From Adineta vaga (lineage: Eukaryota; Animalia; Rotifera): DNA of 64,000 nucleotides. The DNA lies in the NCBI GenBank assembly GCA_021613535.1, contig CP075493.1, positions 9,548,001 through 9,612,000 on the forward strand, in the 5' to 3' direction. The notes beneath the pieces are model-generated. The model was not told where the DNA came from and did not search any database. It saw only the letters and a program-made list of their open reading frames with translations. Of the stretch, positions 42,500 to 54,989 are shown one piece after another (positions within the stretch are counted from its first letter, which is position 1; every line of letters begins with the position of its first letter). Both the position numbers and the translations under genes were made by a program.

Positions 42500-44666
42500 A
42501 TGAATACCCATCAGACTAATTACATCAATCGATCGACGTCATCCGGATATTCTTACTTAGGAAAGTCAGACGATCATCGAACATCATTGTCCGATGTACC
42601 AAGATTAACCACGATCTCAAAAACTATAGCTTTTCGAGTGTGTCGAATCTATCGTAATCCTGCTGGAACAAGATACATAAGAATGCCAGACAATTCGACA
42701 CTTGACAAACTAAAACAAGAAATATGCATACAACTTGATTCATCGATGAAATCGACAGATATGACGCTGACGATCTTTGATGAAGATAAATGTGCATGGA
42801 TACCAATTGATGAAACAATTGCTGATAAAACAATTGCCGATTTTCAATTTCCTTCTTACCCTATCGTGAATATTGAAAAGCGTGAAGAAACAAGCAGAAC
42901 AAAGTTAGACTTAACGTTGAAGCTGTGTAGACGACCAATGAATAAATCTGATTTTATCTATCTTGAACTATATTCAACAATCACCATCAATCAATTGAAA
43001 GATGAAGCACGAAAACGCGTCACAACTACGAAAACAAATTATCTCTACTTATGGAGAGATGAGAATTGGATTAAATTAGAAACAGATCTTAATGATATCA
43101 CTCTTGCTGAGTTGCATATTATTCAATATACAATCATTAGTTTCGAGCCAGCAACTGATCTCGTTCCTGGTGTATGTGGTCTGACAAATTTAGGTAATAC
43201 TTGTTTTATGAATAGTGCTCTTCAGTGTTTAAGTAATATACCTGAATTAAATGAGAAGATTCTATCATTTGGTAAAGAAATGAATGCGCCAATTATTGGT
43301 GCTTACTCATCATTAATCAAAACCATGTGGTTAGATAAATGTGCTGTCACTACACCGTCATCTCTGCTTTTAAATATTCGTGAAAGTCTTCCATGTTTTC
43401 CTCGTTATAAACAGCATGATGCTCAAGAATTTATGAATTATTTCTTACATCTAATACATCAAGAGCTAACCAATGAAACAACATTAGTTACTCAATTGTT
43501 TTATGGCCGAATTCGTTCTAGTGTTATATGCTTTAGGTGGATGTGGTTCTAACGAAACTACGGAGGAGAATATTAGTTTTCTTCCATTACCAGTTGAAGA
43601 CCATACCAAGCAATATAATATTCTTTATCTTCGAAGTAATGGTGAACAAAGCTTAGAATCTTTTCAAAGTTCTGCAACTACCATCGAAGAATTAGAGGAA
43701 TCATTCATTCGACATTCTAAATTAGATTTATTCACTCAACGAATTGTAGTCGCTAGAATAATTAACAATAGAATTATAGAAACGTATCGTTCTTATACAT
43801 CAATCAACGCTACTACCAAACATCAGTTGGTCTTCATTGAACTTCCAGAAAAGACTGTTGAACAAAAATATATCGAATTTCGGTTTCTTGATCGAAAAAC
43901 ACTTGTACCGTTTCGACCACCAGTCTATATCGTTTGTCCATTGTTTGATTGTCGTTATTCAGACATATCGGAACAAATCAAACAGATTCAGGATCACTTC
44001 TGTGCTAAAATTGGTACGCCATTGAATGCTGTTGACCATATCTATTGGACTAATTATGAAGATCGATCCGATCGAATAAAATCAGAAGTGTATAAAAACG
44101 ATCCTTTTCTATTTATGCATCATATTGCCATTGAAATGGATTCTTTATGGATTGAAAAGTATCAAAATTATTACAATTTCGATCGTTCAACTCATAAACC
44201 GTCTTTAACTAATCTACTCGCCGATTTTTTTCGAGAAGAACAACTAGATGGTGACTACTATTGTTCAAAATGTCTCACTCTTCAAAAAGCTAAACAAAAA
44301 GCAGATTTAGTTTTACCATTACCACATGTTCTAATCATTCAATTAAAACGATTTACCTATGAAGCACATTCCGATAAAAAAATCAACACATACATCGATT
44401 TTCCACTCAAAGATCTCGATCTTACTCCATATGTTATTCAAAATAGTGAAACAAAGAAAAATATATCAGCATTGTACGATCTTGTTGCAGTATCTAATCA
44501 TACAGGTACACTCTTTGGTGGACACTATACTACATACGCAAAAAATCATCGAAATCACACATGGTATTGCTTCAATGATGAAATAATTCGTGAAATTACA
44601 AATGAAAGAGATGTTATAACAGAAAATGCTTATATTCTTGTCTACACAAAACGATTTGTTGAATGA
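42500..44666 (+). CDS. USP-family deubiquitinase C (USP4/11/15-like: N-terminal Ubl-like repeats, insertion in catalytic domain); 1-nt frameshift at ~43533
   Basis: ORF 42500-43552 has GLTNLGNTCFMNSALQCL and QHDAQEFM. ORF 43503-44666 has CSKC, LIIQLKRF, HTGTLFGGHYTT, WYCFNDE and AYILVY. Removing one T from 43532-43534 gives VICLGGCG and one continuous ORF. Confidence 0.88.
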
Positions 44667-47023
44667 TGGATGTTATTTTTAAATAAAAGAATAAACATGT
44701 TAAATAAACAATTGGATTGTGAATATGTATTTTTGTAACTATAATAGAAACTGAAAAATGCGTACACATGTATATTTAGATGACTATGACAAAAAAATGT
44801 TTTTTTGCATCTCAAAACAGCGTACTTTTGTGAAAAACAAAACGAATACAGACCATTTGAAAAGTGAATTCAGAGATTTTACTTCAGAATAAATATCTTT
44901 GTATTTTGGCTTCTTCTATCAACGAACCGAACCATGTTTTCGCATGGGTAAATATTCTTACTAATCAAGTTGTAAAGTCGAAGAATAGTTATCTAAAAAC
45001 GAGATTAAAAGAATGAATGAATTGATGAGTTTTTTTCTTCTGTTATAGCTCATTGTATATTGTTATTATTCTTTTGTCTTGAGCTAGAAACCTTTTTGCT
45101 AATTAAGTTTTTAGAAATTGGCATTCGTCAGAGAATTAGATGAAACCTTTTCTTTTGCTTAATAATGTTCGCCTTGACATTTCAATAGATGAAACCACTA
45201 TAAATGTTGCTAGTTACATAAACCCACACATTTGTTTCAAGTGAAATTTCATTTTTTTCTTGACGTCAATTGAGAAACAATAGGTTATTTATAACATATT
45301 TTCTTTGATTGAGGTGTTCTTTTCGCTCTCTGAAAATAACAACATCTGTTTGGTTTTGTTAGTGAATCATTGGAATAACAATATGCTTGATTGTTGTGCA
45401 AGTATATTTCATTGACGTCGATATATATGTGTACATATTTAAGTTGGTTAAGAAGAAGAAAGCAATAAAGATTATAGTACAATGGTAGAAAGTAATAGTG
45501 TGTCGTACGAATTTCTGTTCGATTGTTATGTAGGCGATGAGAAAAGTGGAGGAGTATTTCTGTGATGCGGTTATAATCTTACTATACTATAAAATCCTTT
45601 TCCTATTCACCATTTGAATATAATTGAAGTTAGGTGAATTTTGAAAACACATCTATATAACAACGACATCTATTTTGAGAATATCTGATTTTATCTACTG
45701 AACCTCTGACAATTGCGCTGTCTGTTTGTCTGTGTCTCTCTCTTCCCTCGTTGTGTTTGTCTTGCGTTTGCATACCGTTGATGACGAATGAGCATTTGTT
45801 TAAACAAGGTGTATATATTGACACCGGACAATCTTCTTCATTATCTTTTCGTCGTTTATTTTTTTTATACCGTATGAACTTTATGTTTTGAAATACTATT
45901 TATTTCTTTTTCTTTCGTTATATGATGATCGTAAATTTTCGAATAAAAACCAGGTTAGAAAAAAACTTTGCATGTTTTCTCTTCATTATATTTGAACTTT
46001 GACTTTTCAGGTCGTTTTTTCAATGCCTGACAAACATTATTTAGACAGCAGGCGCTCTTAATATCAGATGAAGAAAAATTTTCTAATTGTGAGGAAGAAA
46101 AAAATCTATATTTTATGTGAAGAATATTTTTTTCCTATTTATGATAGTAAGAAGGAAAAAAAAGCGGAATACTTGTTAACTGTAACAAAATTTTCTGGTC
46201 AATATTATAATTTTTTTGTTAATAATATGAAGTAAATGACGCAAGCGAATAGTTTTTTTTTTCTTAAGGTTTCTAAACTTTCGATCACTGACATGTGACA
46301 AAGCGGTCGTGTGTAATACGTCTGTATAGAAAAATATCGTAAAATATAGCCGTTATCGTTGACGACAGACTTATTAAGTAAACATAATTATAGTTTCCTT
46401 TTGATGGTGAGAAAAAGTATTCTGTTGTGCGTTCGAATAGAACGGTAGTGAACGCATAGTGTAAAAGTATGAATGGATAACCTATAAACTCAATCCGTTT
46501 TCTTTTTGTTAAAGGTATGACAAAACTTCTTGTAGATATCGATTAGTAATCGAAAGATAAATAGAAATATCTTGATATGTCACCTATATTTTTTTTCACA
46601 TTTAATATTGACTCGTTTTCTTATGATTAATAGTGAGTTTGTCTGTATTTCTATTTACAAATAATGCGTTTTTCTCTTCTTAAAATCAAATGTACGTTTT
46701 TTGAAAAAATACAAACTCGACAAAACAACATGTGAGTAATAGAAGAAACTTTACGTGCGTTTAGTGCGTTCTTTTTTTCCTGCTTTGAGGGCACGCATGC
46801 TGAAGAACAGTATAGTAATAAAATAATATGGGGTGACTTGAATGTCTAATGCTGATTGGTGGTGTTCTATCCGCACTCTTCTGTCGGTATGAAAAAATCA
46901 TCAAAATAAAATGTAAGACAAGTAGTATTTTCTTTTCGTACATTCATCTAAAATATTTGTCATTTCTTTCATTATATGTCGAAAACAAATCTAATGTAAA
47001 TTTTCTATTTTAGATTTTGTTGA

Positions 47024-48556
47024 ATGACCACTTCTCGACCTTCATCATTGATAATTCCATCGGACGTTTTCGATGAACGAAATACGAACATTAACTCGAA
47101 AAATGCGTCGCTAATTCAACAAGGACGTTCTTCATCATCGTCCGCAGATAGTAGTTATACAAAAAATCTCACTAAAAATGAGAATAATTCTTCATTACAC
47201 AGTTTCGTACGAACAGCAACATCATCGACAACAACTGATAGTGATTTTGAAAGTGAACAAGATGATCAAAATCAATCACAAACACAAAAAAGTGAAACCA
47301 ATAGTCAAGAACAATTATCTCGACGTGTTAAACATTTCCATAAATTATTTAAATCTGAAATTGCAGGTGATATACCTGATCTAATTGATTCCTATGTTTG
47401 TGCATATCAAGGTGATATTTTACTACAAGGAAAGATGTATATAACTGATCGTTATCTTTGTTTTCATTCTCGAATAATATCTTATGTAACAAAACATGTT
47501 TATCGATGGGAACAAATTGAAGATGTAACAAAAGAACGTGTTGCATTTATATTTCCAACAGCTATTGGTATTCAATTGAAACATAGTGATAAGAAAATAA
47601 TCTATGCATCATTTCTTCAACGTGATCAAGCTTTTGAAAAAATCCATGCAGTATGGTCACAAGCTGTGAATGATATGAGTTCATGTGATGACGAGGGAAG
47701 TAATATGATGCATGATGGAACATTAAAAGCAACAAATCACAATGAAAAAACGAATTCATATAAACGTAATTCATATGATATTATTGATGGACCTGAAGAA
47801 AATGGCATTTTAGATATGTGCATAAAAAATAATAATAAACGACCTACAAGTTTGATATCAACAAAAAATAATAGTGATAAACAACAACCAAAAATATTAA
47901 CAAATTCTTACAATAAAAAATCATCGGAAAAGCACACTCTAGTTAATGAGAAATTATCCAATGATTCCAATGAAAAGAATTCTAATATGCATCAAACTAG
48001 TCGACATTCACGTTGTACAAAATATGAAAAAAAACAAAATAATGTAGAAAAAAGTAAGAAAAAATGAATTCATTCAAATAGATTGCATTCTGATTGTTCC
48101 ATTTATTTTCTAGGAAATAGTTCATTAGTGAATCATCAACGACCAAAAACAAATTCAGTAAAATATCGACAAAGTCAAAGTCAAGATCGAACAACATTAT
48201 CAACAGATCATCAAACAGTATCACATTCAAATTCATCATCTACTGCCGTATCAAATCGAAATGTTCCAATCATTGATTCAAAGTTGAATGGAATATCAAC
48301 TAAAGATTTCAGTCTAATCAATCTTTCAATAAATTTTATTACTCAAACGGTTCCATCATTGATTCATCATTTCCGAACATTACCATTGAAAATGACCACA
48401 TGCATATTATTATTCTTTTTACTTTTATTTCTTCATGCATTTTATTTGATGAAAGTAGCCAATCGAATAGAACATCGATTGCAGTCTCTACATCATCTAT
48501 GGCCATCATCATCTGCAACAAAACATTCATTTGTGTCGAATCCAAAAGAATTATAA
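47024..48556 (+). CDS. GRAM-domain protein with C-terminal TM helix (GRAMD2-like)
   Basis: FHKLFK...LIDSYVCAYQGDILLQGKMYITDRYLCFHSRII...KERVAFIFPTAI...ASFLQRDQAF. The second exon carries TM CILLFFLLLFLHAFYLM followed by a short coiled coil. No StART-like domain visible. Confidence 0.88.
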
Positions 48557-49162
48557 TGGTTTTACACTCGACATTCAACTATCCGTCCGAATAAGCATTT
48601 ACGTCCGGTATTCGTGTTCATTCGGTGATGAACATGTTGAATATATTTAGATTTTATTCTTGAATATACGAACAGTTCTTTTAATCTTATATTTAACAGT
48701 TAGTTCTTTTATTTCTTTCATGACTATTTATTTGTTTCTAGTAGTGAATCCATGGGTTTATATTCCGCTACAAAACGTAATGAATGCAACACTTATCTGA
48801 TTTACATGCTTTGTAAATTTGTATGTGTGTATGATTGTTTTTTCTCTGTTTCTTTTGCTTTTTGTATTGCATAACATGACGATTTTCAAATTAAATAGGC
48901 CGAAAATCAATTTTCATAAGGATACGATGACATATGTTCGTCAAGAATTCATTGTCAAAAATATTTGTTCAATATATTTTGAATTTACAAGTGTAATGAA
49001 TATATTGAATCAAAAACAAACGTAATCAGAACAAGACACACAAGAAAGTGAAATTTCTCGGATGTACGAAGCAAACAAGCACAGGTATTCTACTGTTACC
49101 AAATAAAGATAAACAAGAAGAAACAAAACAAAACAAAGTTTTAGCTTCGATATGGATGATGT

Positions 49163-52100
49163 CTAACTTGTGGGATAATATTTGAACGTTGAACGAGTTG
49201 CAGGTTGTTGGGCAACCACACCAGCGCCTGCTGCCGATTGTTGTGATGTTGTAAGAGCTGAATTTGCTGTTGCATTAATCATTTGATACGTAGCACCTCC
49301 CGATTGACCAGGAGCAGCAATTTGATAAGCAATTGGTTGTTGAGATTGTGATGCATGTTGTTGAGTAGTACCATTATGAAGAGCAGGACCTGCAGAATAC
49401 ATAACTGGTGCACCCGTTGTTGTGGCAGATCCTGATGTTGGACTTGCTTGTGCAAGAACATAACTTTGACCACCAGCTTGATAAATAGTTTGACCACCTG
49501 CTGTTGTATAATACATTTGTTGTGGAAGTCCTTGTTGAGTTGCATACTGTAACTAATGGATTCAACACAAAATTTCTTATTTTATTTTTGTTACACTATA
49601 AATTTCGATTATTTACCTGAGATAATAGGTTTAACTGTTGCTGTTGCTGTTGTTGTTGTTGTTGTTGTTGTGCTTGAGCCATAGTAGCGTAATAGAAATT
49701 ATTCGCAGCGGTACCATTAGCTGATTGCTGTTGTTGTTGCTGCTGTGGCTGGTAAGCATATTGATATTGTTGTTGAAGAGCAGCGGCAGTGGCTGATGCA
49801 GCACTTTGCTTTTGTGGTGAAATTACTGTTGATGTCGGTTGTGATTGAACGACGGATGATGATGAGACAACGGAAGATGAATTTGTTGTTGTATTGGTTG
49901 AATTATTTGTACTTGCTGACTGTGGTACACTGATATAATGAGTTGGTGGCTGACTTATATACGCTAAAATTTAATCAGTGTAAATAGGCATAAATTGATA
50001 AATAAACAAACCTTGTTGGTTAGATGAATTTGTTGTTTGTAGTACAGGACTAGTTGATAATCCTTGTTGTTGGACATAGTTAGCTGGCAATTGAATGTAT
50101 TGTGTTGGTCCAGCTTGTATAGTTGGTTGTCCAGCATATTGATACATGACTTGTTGTTGTTGTTGTTGCCCACCAACCATAGCAACAGGTAAACGTGCTG
50201 CATTTGTTGTTTGTTGACCAGCTCCATTAATCGAAATGAATTGTTGCTGTCCAAGTTGAGCTTGTGCTTGACTTTGCATGGCTGCAGCAGCTGCTGTAGG
50301 ATTTTGAGCGAGCAAAGCATAACCACCATTAGCTGTACGTACAAGTGTACAGCCAGCAGGAATACCACTAATAAAATTTTGTTGTTGTTGCTGCTGCTGC
50401 TGTTGCTGTTGTTGCTGTTGAACTGCAGCAGCAACAGCTAATTGAGCAGCTTGTTGTTGCTGAGCAAAAGCTTGTAATTGAGCAGCATACAACGCTGGTT
50501 GTTGTACTGTTTGACCAGCATGTGTAGCAAATGCAATTGGACTACCTGCAGCGGCAGCAGCTGCCGCTGTTTGATACCCACGAAAAGCATCTAATGGAAT
50601 ACCTGAAAAGGATAGTAAAGAAATCGTTAAATTTTTAAAGAAAACCGATCTTACCGCCGTAGATGACTTGACCACCAAGACCATTAGTTAGACCACCTGT
50701 TGTTGCATAGATAGCACCTGATGCTGTTCGAATTGCTCCTACCGATGGAAGTGCACCGAGTAGACTAGTTTGTCGATAGGCAGCTTGAATAGCTGCTGTT
50801 GAATGAGCTAGTGGAAGAGTAGTAGCGACAGCTGTTGCTGGAGCTACAGTATTAGGACTTGTTGATGTCGGTGCTGATGATGATGACGATGATGATGGAG
50901 GAGGTGGAGGTGGGGGTGGTATAACAGAATTCATCGAAAGTTCACTATGATTATCAGTTGTTGATAATCCCATTGTTGGTGATGATGATGGTGCTGACGT
51001 GTTTTCATTTGGTGTTGATGGTGAAGATGCTTGTCCTGTGCCATTCATTATCGGAATAGATGTTGTATTGTCTAATGCTGGAGTAGTTGGAATCGCATCC
51101 GAACTTATTTTTGGTGAAGATATTTGTTCAATAATGGGCGCGGGAGGAGGTGGTGGTGGTGGTTCTTCTTCATAAACATGTTCAAGAGCACGTGTTGCTG
51201 CTTCAGCTAATTCAATATTTTCTTTCATTTTGTTTTGTAAGCATGGATCATCAGTTAGGCCAATAACTCGTAAGGTATCTGTTTCTAATATATCCGGTTC
51301 TATATTTAAATCATCAAAATTAACTGGCCATTGACTTCCTATAAGGCAAACAAATTATTGGATGATATCGAAAATAAAAAAGTTAACAAACCATCTTGTA
51401 TCAGACTAACGATAGCATAAGGTAAACAATGATGTGGTCGTTTAATTGCTTCTCGACCTTCAAATTCATATAGAAATATCTACAGAAAACAATATTCAAA
51501 ATTGTTCATATTAAAATTTAATTTGTCATTATATCTACCTGTGATTGATCAAATTGTTTTTCCAAGTCATCTGTTTCTTTTGGTGTAATTACTGAACAAT
51601 GACTTGTAAATTGAGGTGTTGGTGCAATTGGTTGTAATTTAGGTCCTTTTCGAACAAGTGCAGCTGTTTGTTTTCCTTCTACAATCTAATTAGAAAAAAA
51701 TCTGTAGAATACATTTCCACTTTTCAAATGAAAACTAACTTTGAAAACAATCATTTTAATGATAACATTTCCTTCCCATGTTCGACGAACACTTGCATGT
51801 CGAATACATACATCCGCATATTTGCAAGCATATATTCCATATTTACTATGTCCTAAAAAAAAGTCGATAAGCTTGAAATGACAATGATTAAAGCAAGAAA
51901 ATCTACTGGCATACACCCAAAACAGAAAAAAAACAAAACAACGATAATTATAAGAATAATAAGATGACAGAAAATATAGAATGTAAATCATTGCATATTC
52001 ACTCGACTTGAAAAAGAAATGTACGTAGAAATGAACATGCATGAAATCAACATCGCCCTAATTCGAAATCATCGAAAAAAAGGAAACGATCAATGTAAGA

Positions 52101-54639
52101 AAATGTTCTGTTTATTCGTGCCAATTAATATGAAACGAATTTGAAATGTTTATATTCATACAATATATAGCTAATACAACATAAGGCGTACTTACCAAAT
52201 AACAAAAACTAACTCTTTCTTCTTCGAAATTTTAAAGCTTTCAAAATACGAAAACGTCAAATTACAACAACGGAGACTTTTGAAAAAAACGCAAGCCAAA
52301 TCATACTAACAGTTTGAAGTGAAAGAAATGACATCAAGAAATAAAAACACGTTTGTGTATGCAAATAGCGGCTGGCATCAATGAAGGGACAGGAGAAACA
52401 AGCTCGAGTATTTCATTATCGCTCGAAACTCACGTTTTTCTTGTTTTTTTTTCTACAAATAGATATATATTTTCCATTTGAATACGAATGTTTTGATCAT
52501 TCCTATACGAATATAACTAAGACACACAAAATATCAAATATATAAACAAACAAACAAGAATAAAACATATCTACATAGAGAAATAAAGAGCACAAATTAA
52601 AATAATAAAGTCCCATGCAAATGTGCGTTTAAAGAATGTGTATAGAAGTAGATCTGTTATCAATTTCGAAGAAGAGAAGAAAAAAGAGCACATGCAAGCA
52701 AATTCTATGAACAAAAAATGAATTGTTATTGTTGCTGTTTTTTTTTCTCGCAATAATTAGTAAGTATAGAAGTGAATAATGTGCATAGACAATCAAATTT
52801 GTTCAAAGTGCTATATATATGTATATGTAGATCTCGAGAATAAACAGAGAGAGAGAGAGAGCAAGAGATATGTAGACACAACGGTAGCAAAAAAGAAAAA
52901 CAATCAGGATTTGAATAAGTACGAAATGCTACGAGTTTCTAAGGATTAGTAGATAAAAAAATCAATAATTATGATGCAAAGTGAAAAGTTCTTTTTTGTT
53001 GTTTAGATTGCCTTTAGAAATTCAACAAAAATAAAAACCGAGATGTCAAGAGCAGCGCGATTATTCAACAACCATTGAGAACGATATATATATATATAAT
53101 AATGAAAAAGAAAACAGGTGGTAAGTGAGAGAAATAGACCGATCTACATCAATAATAGTGATATAGATACTTACAGAGAAGAATTAGCAATATTTTCAAG
53201 GTTATATACACACTAGATGATATATAGATATTTATAGTGTCGGGATCAGAAACAAATTAAGCAAGTATGTATATATATATATATATATTCACACATATCA
53301 CATAGGCGAAGAATTTTTTGTTTGAAAAACAGATTCTTTTCTTGCCCTCGATAGTATTCTATACAATGATTAGAAATCAATCAGTGAATAGAACTAAAGA
53401 ATGTGTTCAAAGGAAAGAATATATATTGATATGTACTGAGATATGTAAAGAATTACCTAGAACGTTAAACGATGTTTCTGTGCAATGATAACCATTTTGA
53501 CATATATCAAGTACTTGAGCATCATTATCAATAAGAAATGCATAGTGTTCGTCGAATTCACAACGATTTCCAGCAGCATTTTTTTCGAATTTCTTTCGTA
53601 TAGCTAAAATAAATAAGAAAATATCATAAATAAAAATTCTACAATATCATATCAAATAAATCAACTAAATTAGCAAAGATAAAGCAAGCATATATCATCA
53701 TTATCAGACACCATTATTAGTTAGAAAGAAGTCAAAACGAAACAGATGTGAACTATTTAATATTGCGTTTTTGTTTCAAAATTTTCATCTCGTTAACAAA
53801 GAAATATCAACAAGCAGCAAATCAATAAGAGATTTGTCTTTCACAACCTCTTATATATTAAGAATACATGCTACTGCTGATATTTACGAGCATAAATAAA
53901 TCTTCAAAAAAACAACAACTCGCGATTTGAGATAGATCCAAATGGAACATCACAACATACATGCAAAAACCTAGAAGAAAAAGCAGTAGAAGAAAAACAA
54001 ATGAATTAGTCATTGGTTGAGTAAACCATACTTTTAAAGTAACTGTTTTTTTTTCTCATGCATATTACATTATTCTCTGTGCATGATAAATAGAAATCGA
54101 AGAAAGAAATAGTAGAGATATTTGGCAAAAAGAAAAACGAGAGATCTTCTACAGACAAAAAAAGCATGCAAAGAAAAAGAAACGGATTAGATTAGTATTA
54201 ATTTTTCACAACGAAAAAAAAAAGTTATAACCGACCAATTTAGTTTCTTTCTTTTGTAAAGATGAATAACTAGAAAAAGACTATTGGTTTCGATATATAT
54301 TGGAACATAGCGAGAAGGAGAAGAAAACTGAAATTTGTTTTTAATGTTTTAAAATATATACAATTACCGAAAAAATCATCTGTTAATTGAGTATTAACAA
54401 CTAATTCGACTTTGATTGGTTTCCATGTTATTGATCGTTGTTCAAGAAAATTTCTTCGTAATACATTATGAATATTTCGTTCAATTGTTGATTGATTACT
54501 TGTTTCTAATAGCATTTCTAAATATTGTCATACAGAAGAATAAATCAATGAACATCATTATCGTTGTAGTCATACTTAATGGTACTTGTAAAGATTTCTC
54601 TCTATCACCATTGATAGTTGCTTCATTTTCATCAGTCAT
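49163..54639 (-). CDS. DUF3715 (TASOR/TEX15-type pseudo-PARP) domain protein with Pro- and Q/A-rich low-complexity C-terminus
   Basis: Exons joined in phase from ATG 54639: ...VELVVNTQLTDDFFAIRKKF...EHYAFLIDNDAQVLDICQNGY...NVLGHSKYGIYACKYADV...MIVFKIVEGK...APTPQFTSHCS...SQIFLYEF...KRPHHCLPYAIVS. This matches the DUF3715 motif order as I recall it. Confidence 0.8.
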
Positions 54640-54989
54640 TGTTGATTTGAATAGCAGAAATGATTGCTACAGAGAACGAACGAACAGACAGACATATTGT
54701 GTATCATTTGTATGCATTTTCATCCAATCAAAATCAAACAACAGTGTCGCCACATATACAACTTGTAAGTTCTTTGTTTTTTTTTCTCTGTCAAAAGCAA
54801 CAGCGCAGCGCAACACCACCACCAACACACCACCGCAAATCAAGGATGATCACAACTTTCTTCAAAATAACATAACAATCTATAAAGTAAGTAAAAATAA
54901 AAATTATTCGATTTGCTTTTTTACATAAGAAACAAAAAAGAGATCTTTTTTTCTCTAACAAATTATTTTAAAGTATTGAATAGACAAAA

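Noticed and set aside
43525-43552. TTT-AGG-T at the USP-C frame break resembles the Ty1 +1 frameshift heptamer (CTT-AGG-C)
   Set aside because: Imperfect match within a T homopolymer; the other frame breaks in the window have opposite polarity and no shared motif. A sequencing indel is simpler.
44700-47000. 2.3-kb region with short ORFs, splice-like sites and a small inverted repeat (~46428-46457)
   Set aside because: Best explained as promoter and 5' UTR exons of the GRAM gene; no convincing ORF, ncRNA or terminal inverted repeats.
54416-54928. 170-aa plus-strand hydrophobic ORF
   Set aside because: Antisense to the first exons of the DUF3715 gene plus UTR sequence; no domain features.
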